Source: Trichoplax adhaerens
Lineage: Eukaryota; Animalia; Placozoa
Direction: 5' to 3'
NCBI RefSeq assembly: GCF_000150275.1
Contig: NW_002060946.1
Location: 3,305,454-3,369,453, forward strand
Length of the DNA: 64,000 bases
The notes below the pieces were generated by a model. The model made no database searches. It had not been told where the DNA came from and saw nothing but the letters and a program-made list of their open reading frames with translations. This document shows, one piece after another, positions 26,606 to 39,187 of the stretch. Each line of letters opens with the position of its first letter. Within the stretch, counting starts at the first letter, position 1. Both the position numbers and the translations under genes were made by a program.

Positions 26606-29600
26606 AAATCTCGATAACCTTTGAACTAGGAAATTTTAATGCTATCTAAGGCATTAACTTAAAGTTGAACGTATAAGCTTAAATGAATAGCAGCAGCTCA
26701 TCGCCTCTGATTAGACCCAAAATTGTATTGATTCATAACCGAGCATTTTACGTTAGTCAACCAATCTATCCTGACTAAATTCAATGTAATCATAAATTAA
26801 ACCTACAGTGGTTCTCGAATTTAATTGAGCAAAGTGTTGGCAATATTTATATTTGTACCTGCAGAATATTCTTAATACCTATATTTCTGGGCATAGATAG
26901 AGTGGTCCGAAATGGATTATTTAAAATTTCAAAATAAAAGTTTCTCATTAATTTACTAGTAATTAAGCCTTATTGGTATTACAGCGCCATAATGCAGTTT
27001 TGGACTAATTACATTCATTGCTTATCTTATTAAATATAATTTAAAAATATAATACTGTGAATTTGCTATATGATTTTTCTCAAGTTTATAATTGGTATGA
27101 ATTTACAGTACTTTGCAATTTTTAAGAATATAACGTCGTTTAGTTTTATACAGGAGCTTTAAATAGCAAATGCATCGCAATAATTTTTAATGAAGTTTGA
27201 TTTATCAGGTCTAAAAAGCTTCTAAAATGGTCATTTTTTATGTGCTTACTATCAATGTTCGTATCTTAAACTAATCATATAACAGCATTTCCTATTAATT
27301 ATATGAAATTGTACATGCCTCTGACCCAACTGAAAACCTATTTATGTTATGAATGTTTCAAATTTGGAATAAATGCTAGCTAGCATCGACAATTTATTAA
27401 TGTAGTACATTTATCCTATAACTTGTGATAAATTAATTGTGATTACTACTATTAATTTCAGCTTTTTAAGTACGTAATAGTACACCGTACATTGTAATTA
27501 TACATTAATTGAGGTATTTCCGTTACCATCTACTTAGATTTATCAACTACTAAGATAATACGATTTATTCTACACGAATAAGATAAATTTTGAACGCTGA
27601 AACTTAAGCCGCTATCTTATGAATCTATAGTATACACTTAATGTACTGTACCAATTTCAACCACTGCAGTTACAGTGGCCACGATTTGTATCTTTCAGAT
27701 TCTTAATTTCAAATTGACCTATCTACAATTCCATCAGCTCTACAACTGAAAGGTACAACAAGAGTAACAGTGATACTTTGTGATGATGTGCTATCACCTT
27801 ATAGCCGCATCATTATATCAACCATTTTATTTAATTTAAGTACAAGTAGTCAAGGTATATCAAAATTAATTACTAGTGGAAACGGAAAAGTGCTAATAAA
27901 TTTAATATTAATTTTATTATATTACAGCATAAGTGAACGAAGTGTATTAGAAATAATTTCGAGAGGTTAAACAGAAATACCAATAAAAATATCTTCATAT
28001 TACTTTTATTTTATAGTCCCATAACGTTGTCTTAACTTATTTATAGGATTATAGCAATACTTTAATTATAAATCAGACACCAAACTTAAAAATCCAAGTA
28101 TACTAGCTATGGATATGATATTACCTCTCTCATATAAGACTTGTATTACTTTGCAACTATTCTAACCGTTAAGCAGAGTTCACAAGCATTTAATATTGTG
28201 CCTATAAAAAAGATTTGTGACATTATTTATTAAAAAAATATTCATTTATTAAAAATATTACAGTTGATACTATCTCGTATATTAACATTATACATGATTT
28301 ATTTATTTTTTAAAATTTCTTTGCTATAGTAGTAGGATTTGCATCTTAACCTTCAGTAGCTAACAAATCGTAGGTCAATAGTAGTTACGTGGAGTATGCC
28401 TACACCTTCAAGTCAATGTTTTAATACCAGCGATCGCAACCATTATTTTAATTTTCGATCATTACTATTAGCAGAATATAAAACAAAATGCTATCCCTTT
28501 TTCATGTCTATATTACGAGAGGGTAGTAGTAGTTATAAAAAATGATTCAAGTTAAAAAAAATTACTCAGCAATCAAAAACTTTCAGTATTGAGACTGCTT
28601 GAAATTCCGTTACAGCGGTAAATTGCAGTAACACCAATCAAGATGCAGATGTACCAAATATCTTTTTTTGAATCATTTAATGATTCATCCTAATCTATAC
28701 GGTAATTAGTAAATACAACTCAATTTTTTATATTATGAAGTATCTGTATATGAATATTCTTCTGAATATGAAAATATATTGTGTAGAACCTTTTCGAGTT
28801 ATTGTAATACAAACGTATATAATTAGACCTACGATTTATCAAATTTATTATAACGCTCCTATCTATCGTTTATGCGCTAGAACGTGGTTCGTATTTAATA
28901 TGCAAATAATGGAGACTTATAGATATGAGTCAATAGAATTATATGCAATCTAATCTATAAGATTAATAAAACTTCATAATGATTTTATCAACAATTATTG
29001 TTTATTTTAACCAAAGTTTGTTCTAGACGAGCTAATTATACGCTACGAATAGATCATGATCGTTAACAATTATGCTTATTCACCTGCTCCAAATATAACT
29101 ATAAATAGAATTATTTGAATATCGATCGGATACTATAATAAAATACAAAATTCCAAGGATACAGATTCCATATAATCAAAAATTCTCTCTGCAAGTAAGC
29201 GCTAATTTTTGTTAGCTTAAACTTTGTTGTATAAATGATTGCTGTGTAGTAACTAGGTAGTTTATATTACATTAAATATCTACGTATACGAACATGAGTA
29301 CTAAAAATACTGGTACTGAAGAGTCCATTCCAGTTGATAATTATATTTAATTAAAGCGTGACTAGATTGAAATAAGGTGCGGAAATGGTCACGCTTGGTC
29401 CATCATTTATCATTATTTCATGCTTAATTATATATCGTACTAGTAACAATTCATTAACAACATCATTTCATCAAAATAGACGGACAAAAATAGCCAATTA
29501 TAATGGCATATTGATTAGGTCAGGAAAGTAAAATGTTGATGCAAGTTGGTCATAAATTAATTTGGTCAATAACAGGTGTAAAATTTAGTTAATCTTACTT

Positions 29601-32600
29601 CTTATTCTATTCAAGGCATGATGTAAAACTATGTTAGCCTCAAATTAAATAGATGATAACATTTAAAGTTATCAATTAAATATTAAAGAGGCCAAATCAT
29701 GGAAATTACCTATTAATAGTATTAAATGAATGGATTTTAATTAGAATAGTATTCCATTTTACTTGATATTTATAGCTCTGCGTTATTGATACTATGTAAA
29801 AATTGTGTTCTAAGATAAATGAACTGATGTACCGGGTAATAATCTAAATTAATCATCATACACGAAGAGAATCAATAATTTTAATTTTTACCTACTATTG
29901 GTAAATAAATGAATCAACTCCAGCTCCTGTAGCATTTATCTATCGAAAAAATATCATTAAATAGCTAGAAATATTCATCACCTCTATTTTAATCATTATA
30001 TTCAGGACAATAGATTATTTAACTAAATAGATTTTGAAAATAATTCTGTTCTATTGTAAATGGGCAGCTAATTCGAAATTGGATTCCGGTTGTAGTGTAT
30101 TTACTTCGTCCGAATTATCCTATATCATCAATTTATTTCCGTAAATAACATAGGTTGCGGTTATAAAACATTTTCTATATTGAGTTTCTTTCTAAAATCA
30201 GTGACGTTTGTTTACTTAAAATTCCTCTCTTAGCAAACCTAATAGCAAAGACCGTCATTATAGAAAGTTTATCGATTATCATTTTTGTCAACCCTTATAG
30301 ACTCCCCGTTTCAATAAAACTACATTTCATTACAACCCTAAGTCAACATCATCTAAATTAATGAAATGTTTTTTTTAAAATCAATTTGTTCAAGATATAC
30401 GATATCAATATAATACCATCATTTAAACATTTTAATATCTTAATTAAGGATAATACGTAGCCATTATGTTTTATATTTAAAAATTTTATGTAGAGATCAT
30501 CTGTCTCGAATAACTTGCAAGGAAGCCCTTATATGATCCATTTTTCTTACCTACTCTAACTAACAGATGAAATAAACGTGTCCTTTTTAACATGTCAAAA
30601 AGTTTCATATACGAGCCATTATGTCCTCTTTTTAAGAAGAAATAGAGCGATGTTGCTTGCTTACCGTTGTAGTGTGATAATTTACTATAATAAAGTAAAT
30701 GTTTTTTTAATGACTTTTGCGATACTTGAGACACTTTAATTAGGTTCAAATACCGTTTAAAAAGATTGACAGAGCTGATACACATAGGCGGCATAGCTCT
30801 TATTTTCCTTACTCAATAAAAAATTGTAGGTATCCGTAACTCTGCAAGTATGATAGCATTCCAAGTCACGGAATTAATTTCTTTAGCTAACCAAATCTTT
30901 GTCACTATCATATTCTTATCACAGGTTGAAAATATGCACTGGCATAGGCTTTCTTCGTTGAACTAGGAGATGTTTGTACAATAGACTAATACAGACTTAC
31001 TTTAATCTTTCTATGAAGTTCATAATCAATTTTTATTAGTGTAGCAGATCAGAAAACTAGTCCTGATAAAATTTATTCTTGTGCTCGATTAGCCAAGAAT
31101 TTTGTAGTGATTCTATATACAGAATGTATAGCATACATCCGCATGTAGAAAGAAGACGATAATCTGCATATAACTTCTATATAATTAATCTTTAGATTAT
31201 AAATAATGCCAGCTGCTTATAAAATATAGATTTCTATTTAAGCTATGGTACTCCCATAGAGCCTGTATAAGGTATTTTACCTATAACCTATACACATTAT
31301 CTACGACTTTTCTGATTCCTAATAAACAGCATAAACATAGTGTCATATTTTGAATATCCGGATATATAACTTGCCATTATAATTTCACATCCTCTCGCAT
31401 TTGTAAGAAATCGAATTTACAACGGATTTTATCTATAACCAAAATATTCATTTAAAACGTGTAGAAAAGATATACTTTCATATCTACCGATATATTCATG
31501 ATGCGTGATATAATAAATACGCCGCTGAGATTCACTTTAATAGAAAATTAATTTGAAAGATGATTGAATTAAATATAATAAATATCAATCACTTACTTAA
31601 ATACGATTGTTTATAAATTATAGCATAAAAAGGTTTTGTCCATGATTTGTCTTTAACCTTCCATGATTGAGCAGGAAGTAATAAACAATCGTTACCTTGT
31701 TTCTACATATCAATCTTTACTGTTAATTTAGAAGAATACCATGGTTAATATGAAAATAACTTCTTATATTTGATATAATATACAGCATAATAATGGTATT
31801 ATCCCGGTCGACTAGTTAGGCTTTTCAATAGCTATAATAAACTTTATTAACTACTATGATAGCATTTCCTAGACTATCTATGCTATCTAAAATATTAACC
31901 ACATTAATTTCAAGAAGATTTCTATACATCAACGATTATTAAAATAATAGTGAAAAAGATGTAAAGTTATCTAATTTTCTAACCACAAGGATATTAATCT
32001 TCTTCCATAAAACGGCCCTACCATCATTACAAGAAGGATAAAATGAAAGTTCTTCACAGCCTATGTCCAATTTTCATAGGTTTTCAGTATCGATATAGTG
32101 AACTGTGACAGATGCTATACAATAAAGGATTGTTTTCTAAAGGCTATCATAGCTCAATAAAGCAACATAGGAAATTGAAGAAGAATGTGTATGACTTTGT
32201 CAAAATGATTCAACAACCAGCCCATGTTGCATCGATATAAAAAATTAATAAAAATCAATTATACAACTATGGCTGTGCCTTAAGAAATACGCGCACTATC
32301 TAGTTTTATAGCAAAAATACTTTTGATAATATTTTATGTGCTCTAGCTTGCACGTTTTCTTCAACTAAATTAGCTCTAAACACTTTTAATGCTTTGCTCT
32401 AATTTTACTGAATCTGGAAGCATTAATATTAGTAAATAATTGCAAAAGGAAGCCTTATACGTGTATATTAACTAAACAGAATTATTTTGAACAATTTGAC
32501 TACTAAGTTGATTCTCAAATGATCTATTAAGTAGAAAAAAATCCGATGTCTGTCAACTTAAATATATAGAGGGTATTAATTTACCATCACAGCTTCATTG

Positions 32601-33493
32601 TCCTGCAAAACAAAGTTACTATAATTGTTAGAATATACATTATTTTTCAATAATTTTAACACTCTTCCGATGATCTCCGAATTTTAATAAGCTCAGTTTT
32701 CCTTCATATCAGAAGAGATTACGACTCTCTACAATAGTTATCGATAGTATATGCGAGATGCATGAACTTAAAACAGTAATTATAGTTATCTATACTACAA
32801 AATAAAGTGTGTATGAATAAATCTTCATGTTAACAATATTTCTAGGTACATACATAAAATCAATTTAATAATATGCACGTTTCTGTAAGACTATAAATTA
32901 GGTTAGTACAGTCTAGTGGAGGATAATTTTTTTGCTTAAACATCGATAATGGCTATCAAAAAATCTGAACGATGATAACTTTAAACTTAAAAATTTCACC
33001 TCCTTCAAACTGCCTAATTTTTTCTAAAGCTTGGCAACAAATTACTAGGAAATTCGATATAACTGCACGTTTTCTTCGATATTTTATTCTAGGATCATTC
33101 GAAATCATTAGATTTTCCAAGAAATTGTTAATAAAGTAAAAGGAATACGAAAAAATTAGCGCCTTCTATTTAATAACTTTTTCTAGAATTATATCAAATA
33201 TCTTGATCTTTCAAAAGATTCACAATAAAACACTCGAAATACGAAATAATCTACGCGTCATCTTTAATTATTTTTTCTAAACCATTTAACATTTTCTTGT
33301 CTTCATGAAGATTGTTAATAAATGCCGTACTAGATTGGGGGAATAGTCTACACGAGTTCCTATTAAAGAATTTAAATAATTTAGTATTTTCTCTCCTAAA
33401 ACTCTGCCTACACGATCTACGTTACCATACTGAAATTAATTAGTATTGCTTGCAATTTCATATACTTCTTTCCTTGTAATCATATTATTCTTA

Positions 33494-34669
33494 TGTCACA
33501 AAACAGCTTTGCAACAAGATAACGTAATATACTATCAATAAGTCAATTCCTTGAGCCACGTATCAAAGAGCGATATCTGCACTATCAGAAACACTTTTGC
33601 TCTACTTGCAGACTACACAAAGACATAGACGCCTCGTATTTTATGTTAAACACTAAGTTTAAGAATCGACTTTATAACACGATATACTGCATTTATATAC
33701 TCTTTCTCAATAGTTCATGAGTCATAGTTAGTACGATTAACTTTGGAATCATTCACTGAATTAGATATATCTTAATGCAGACAACAGTATTTACGAACAT
33801 AGACATCTGATGGTGTTACAGTGTTAAATACTGTATTACAGTAGAAATATCTATGTTAGGATAATTCTGTTAGACTATCCTTATTTAGTTAACTTCTAAT
33901 TTGGATATACTGTATTTTAATATAGCACTGACTTTTTATGACAGTGACACTTATACACATACTGAAATTAACAGTTATAATAGGTAATGCAAATCATCTG
34001 CTTACAGTTCGAATCATGNNNNNNNNNNNNNNNNNNNNNNNNNNNNNNNNNNNNNNNNNNNNNNNNNNTGCATTAAGGGAGCAGTAGCTAAAATTAATAT
34101 CTAATTCAGTAAATGATTCTAATGTTAATTGTATTAACTATGACTCATGAACTATTGAGGAGTAGTATATAAATGCAGTATATCGTGAAATAAAGTGAAT
34201 TCTCCAACTTAGTGTTTAACGTAAAATACGAGGCGTTTAAGTCTTTGTGTAGTCTGCTAGTAGAGCAAAAGTGTTTGTGATAGTGCAGATATCGTTCCTT
34301 GATACGTGGTTCAAGGAATTGACTTATTGATCGTATATTGCGTTATCTAGTTGCGAAGCTGTTTTGTGACAGATGGCTAATACAGAATAGTCAGATTACG
34401 ATATGTCCTATCACGGAACATTTCCACGATAATTTACAATCTACCATAAGTAAGTTACAATCACAATGATTCGAAATGTAAGTAGATGATTTGCATTCCC
34501 TATTATAACTGTTAATTTCAGTATTTGTATACGTATCACTGTCATAAATAGTCAGTGCTATATTAAAACACAGTATATCCAAATTAGAAGTTAACTAAAT
34601 AAGGATAGTCTAACAGAATTATCCTAACATAGATATTTCTACTCTAATACTGTATATAACACTGTCACA
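33494..34669. repeat. Two non-colinear inverted repeats around a 50-N gap (A, B, gap, A', spacer, B')
   Basis: A 33494-33779 is the reverse complement of 34069-34371. B 33814-34017 is the reverse complement of 34466-34669. The gap is at 34019-34068. Confidence 0.9.
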
Positions 34670-37002
34670 TCTTAATATTCATGTAAAGCATTGTTTTAAT
34701 TGAGACAGCTACGAAATTTTTATCGAAATTTCATAATATTTTATAACATTTAATATCTGATGATTTTAACAAACAAGTTTAATTTGTCGATTACTAACAT
34801 AACATTTTAATAATCTATTTACAGTTAATTGACTCATATTTTGCGTCTCTAATAAATCATTCTAGACTACAGAAATTCCTTCCTTACTAAACTCAGCTCT
34901 TTCTCGAACTCTTGCCATGAATAAACCTAACACAATTGCCATAGTGCTTCTTGCTGTTATCTAATGGCACATAAACATATATATGCATATCTTGCAACTC
35001 AATTAAACTTGAGGGTGGTATCGTTTGCAGGTTTATTTAAATGTAAAGGATAAATTTATTGTTAGCGTATTTCCAAGAATTTCATGTATAAAATTATCAT
35101 CATATCGATATTGATCTTTCGTTATACATGACTATTTTTAGTTGCATAAGGCATTCGGTATCAAACGTAATCAATTATTTCAATCATAATTCATCTAATT
35201 TACCATTATCTAACGTAAAAAACAGACTGCATCAGTGAATATTCTAATTGAACGTTAATTACTTACATTCTAAAATTAATAGACCAATCAATTCTAAAAG
35301 TTTAAACATATACATTAAGATTTCTTTGGTATATTTTTCAAATATCCTTAACCAAAAAAATTGGCATATTTCACGTAGCATAGTAACATTAATACTTCTC
35401 GTAAATTCATGACGTTCCTAGGAAAATGAATTCTTTTCTCTCTAAGGCTTCATTTATATACTATTATTTTAGTAAATGTTCTAGAAGATGTAATGCTACA
35501 AGCTGTATAGTTTCGTCTTGCGAAAATTTATTAACTTATGAATCAAATATCATGATAATCTACGGCAAAAAATTATAATAATCTTAATTTTCTCATTTCT
35601 TTCACATTTTTTTAGCGGCTAATTTGATATTTAATTATATTCAATTCACAAGGGTCGTAAAAAATATCATCATTCTGAAAGAAAGTATTTTAAGAATTAG
35701 TGATAGTATTTTGATAGAGTTTTTACCAACTAGAAACAACTAATAACGTCTTATAAACTAATTACTCCCAATTTAAAATATGCTAAATTTAGATAAATAT
35801 ATGAATAAGTTTTAAAACTATATTCGCTGCACATCTCATAATTCGATTTTTATCACCTTTGTTGGGAAGGTTATGATCTCATCATCATCTAGAAATATTT
35901 TGCTGTTAGTCTTTAAGATTTTCTTAGGATTAACGATATGATTTATTCAAAAACAAGTTGTAATACTTTGAGGATAGTTCTATCAATGATAATTCCTTAC
36001 TAATCCATAACATTTTAAAAAATTTGTTTCTTATTAATATTACATAAATGTTATAGCATTATAATAGTTCAACGTAGGCGAAGTATCCTAACAATATGAA
36101 ATCACTAATACATGCTATTTCCTTCTCATCATTATTCAAATACTTCTGTTCTGAACATGTTTATACCTTGAGATTCCTATTTATGATAGTATTTCTTACA
36201 GATCAGGCGTCAGTTTAAATTTAAGTCCTTATTGCATTCTGTCACGAGATAGACTTGTGACAACTACAGTAACTGAGAATGCAAAATCTAAGAAATATTT
36301 TTATAGCATACCAAACTCATCGATCGTAGGCCATTATCCTCACTATCATATAGAATCGATACCGAAAAAGTAATAAAAATAATGTATCTAGCATATTTAC
36401 ATATCTCTCATAGAATATACAGTATATACAATTACGCATATTAAAATATAACGGATATTTGTTACATATGCATATAATTATTGCATTTATAGACTGTTCT
36501 TCAAATAAAATAGTTATATTTTATTGGCATGGATTGCATCCAATTTGTTCTTGTTGATGATAAATTGCCATGATTATCCTTACTAAAAAGTGTAATAAAT
36601 TACGCCATTACCTTAAATTACTCAAAATAATTACGGTATATTACAAATTATAACGAGAAAATATCAATAATTTCTATTTATAATTAATAAGCGATTTGAG
36701 TACAGTACATAGTTAAAGTGTTATCCGAATTAAGGTTATTATTAGCTGATGACATAAATGGTGGGCTATTTTAGATATTTGGTTCCCTGCTTTGGATTAG
36801 GGTTACTACATGACCAATTATTGTATAATATAATAAGATTCAATAAAAAATGAAAATAGAAATTATTTCCTTCTATTCAATTTACATTCTGAATAGACTA
36901 TTGATTAATTGAGAATAGTAGGAGCATACTATGTCGCTAATGAATTGAGTTATGTCTTCCATCATACCGTAAAGTAGATCAGTGCAAATGATCCACCATC
37001 CA

Positions 37003-37020
37003 CCCTAACCCTAACCCTAA
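37003..37020 (-). repeat. Short interstitial (TTAGGG)3
   Basis: ccctaaccctaaccctaa. Confidence 0.7.
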
Positions 37021-39187
37021 CACTATTGCCTTTTTCTCAACATGACGATGATATTCAACCAAGTATGAATAAGAGTCGAGGCGAGAATAGAATTTTTAGT
37101 TTTTTGTCAATTCAATTTCTCATTTCAATATTCTCTATCCAAATTTCTGCTATAGAAATATTGCAAAAATAAAATGTAACTGCCTCCATTTTATTTTTTC
37201 ACCAACAAATAATATCAATAACTTGGTAATCGTTATTTTAGTGCTATTCTAAAAATTGTGTTGACGATGTTGCAGTAACATCATAACAACTTGTGTTTAT
37301 TTATTTGGATTGCAATCAATAACACCCACCTATACTATCATTATAGCTAGCATTTCAACTATTGAATAGGACCTATTTTAATTAATTTTAACCCATCATG
37401 AAGTCGATTTCATCCAATTAAAGCATGACTACGTTGGTAATTAACTTATTGATTGGAAGACATAGATGATATATTATCTCATGTTTTTGTTTCTGATCAC
37501 TTACTACCATGTCATGATTAGTGCTATTAAATTAAAAACGTGACTACGCTATGATTGAAAGGGTATTTGATGATATCAATCATGACTAGATAGCAATCAA
37601 ATTTCACTTCTATCAGTAGTAGAACAAATAGCAGAATCTATTTTAGAACATTGTCGAATATCTTGAGCTTTATTCTTAGTATATTTATAATTTCTATTCT
37701 ATGCGGTGTACTTTCCCAATAATTTGCCAGTATCGCATGATTATTCTATACCATTGACATTCAATACCGCAGAAAACTGTCTCATCAAATTTTATTTTTT
37801 CATTCTTGAATTATTCATTCTAATTTTATAGGCAATTTTTCAACCATTACGGAACTTTTCAACACATACTTGTTATTGTATCAGTTGCTTTTTTAAGCAA
37901 TTGCTATTATTATGTCGGGCATTCGTCTTTTCATATTGCTATATCGTTTTTTGTATAGATTTTGTTCCAATAAGTATCTAACCAAGTCTAAATGTCGATT
38001 ATTGATCGATCAATAACACTACCCTTGTTATGATAGAATGGATGACTATTTATTGTTTATATATTATATCAAAAAATTTTTAAGAAAAGGAAAAATACAA
38101 AAAAAAGGAGGTAACATCTATTCTTTCTTGATATGCTCTCCTACAAATCTCTCTATCATTTCTTTTTTAACCCTATCTATAGATAGTTACTCTATTCCGC
38201 AAAGTAAGCGGATATCGCTATCCTGTAGAGTATGGAAAAATAACCCATTATCTCATTTATTGAGAACTGATTCGACATAGAACAATTCTAATTCAATATC
38301 TTTGTTCTATGTGATTGGTGTTATACAACTTGTCCATTTATCAATCAAATAGTACATCTAAACTAATGATCTGACGTCAGTTAATCAGTTTAGCAATTAA
38401 AATTACCGCACCTGTTATCCGCACTACCACACACACTTCCTCATTGTCATATACTTGTACATATATAAAATGAATCAAGCTAAGTATTTTATTGCTAAAC
38501 CAATATTTGCTTATCCCAAATAGGCTTTCCAATACATTGGATTGATACTCATTGTATAAAAATAACTCAACTGCAGGTATATTTAAAGGCTGAACGATTA
38601 AAAAGCCCGTCAAATTATCCACCGCTGCGTGCCTGTAAATTTTATCGCCGTTCCTTCCTACATTACTGTAGTTAGCGCGAATTTCTGTCGCTTGAAAAGG
38701 TAATCAATCACTCATTGCTACAATGTCGTCGACATTTAGACAGTCATTTTATCATTTTCAACAAATAATATCAATTATCAAATTAATATATTCGATCTTT
38801 ATTTCCTTCATTCTAACTTTGCAATTTAATGTAAGTATTTCATCAATGGTAATTTATTCCTTGATCAACTGTCATTAATATTATGACGCAAAGGAATCTT
38901 CATTTGACAGCTATTTTAACCAAATCGACTTAACAAAAATGACACTGGATCTTACCCTAAAACCATAATAAGAATCCAAAAGTATTAGCACCATTTTAAT
39001 ACTCGCTTCAAATTGAATAAATTTTTTTAATGCTTGTATGCCTTTTTTAATATACTATTCAAAATTCTCATCCTGTTATAAAATAATTTTATTTTCTAAC
39101 TATCCATTTTTCATAGGTTGACGAATTAAAAACAAAATTGCTATCATTTTACAATACTATTACTGCTGATCCCCGAAGAACATAAGT

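Noticed and set aside
30486-30794. 102-aa minus-strand ORF in the gene-poor region
   Set aside because: No recognisable motif or linked exons; composition is typical of random AT-rich ORFs.
37003-37020. (CCCTAA)3 as evidence of a telomere or chromosome fusion
   Set aside because: Only three units with no subtelomeric context; more likely a repeat remnant or repair insertion.
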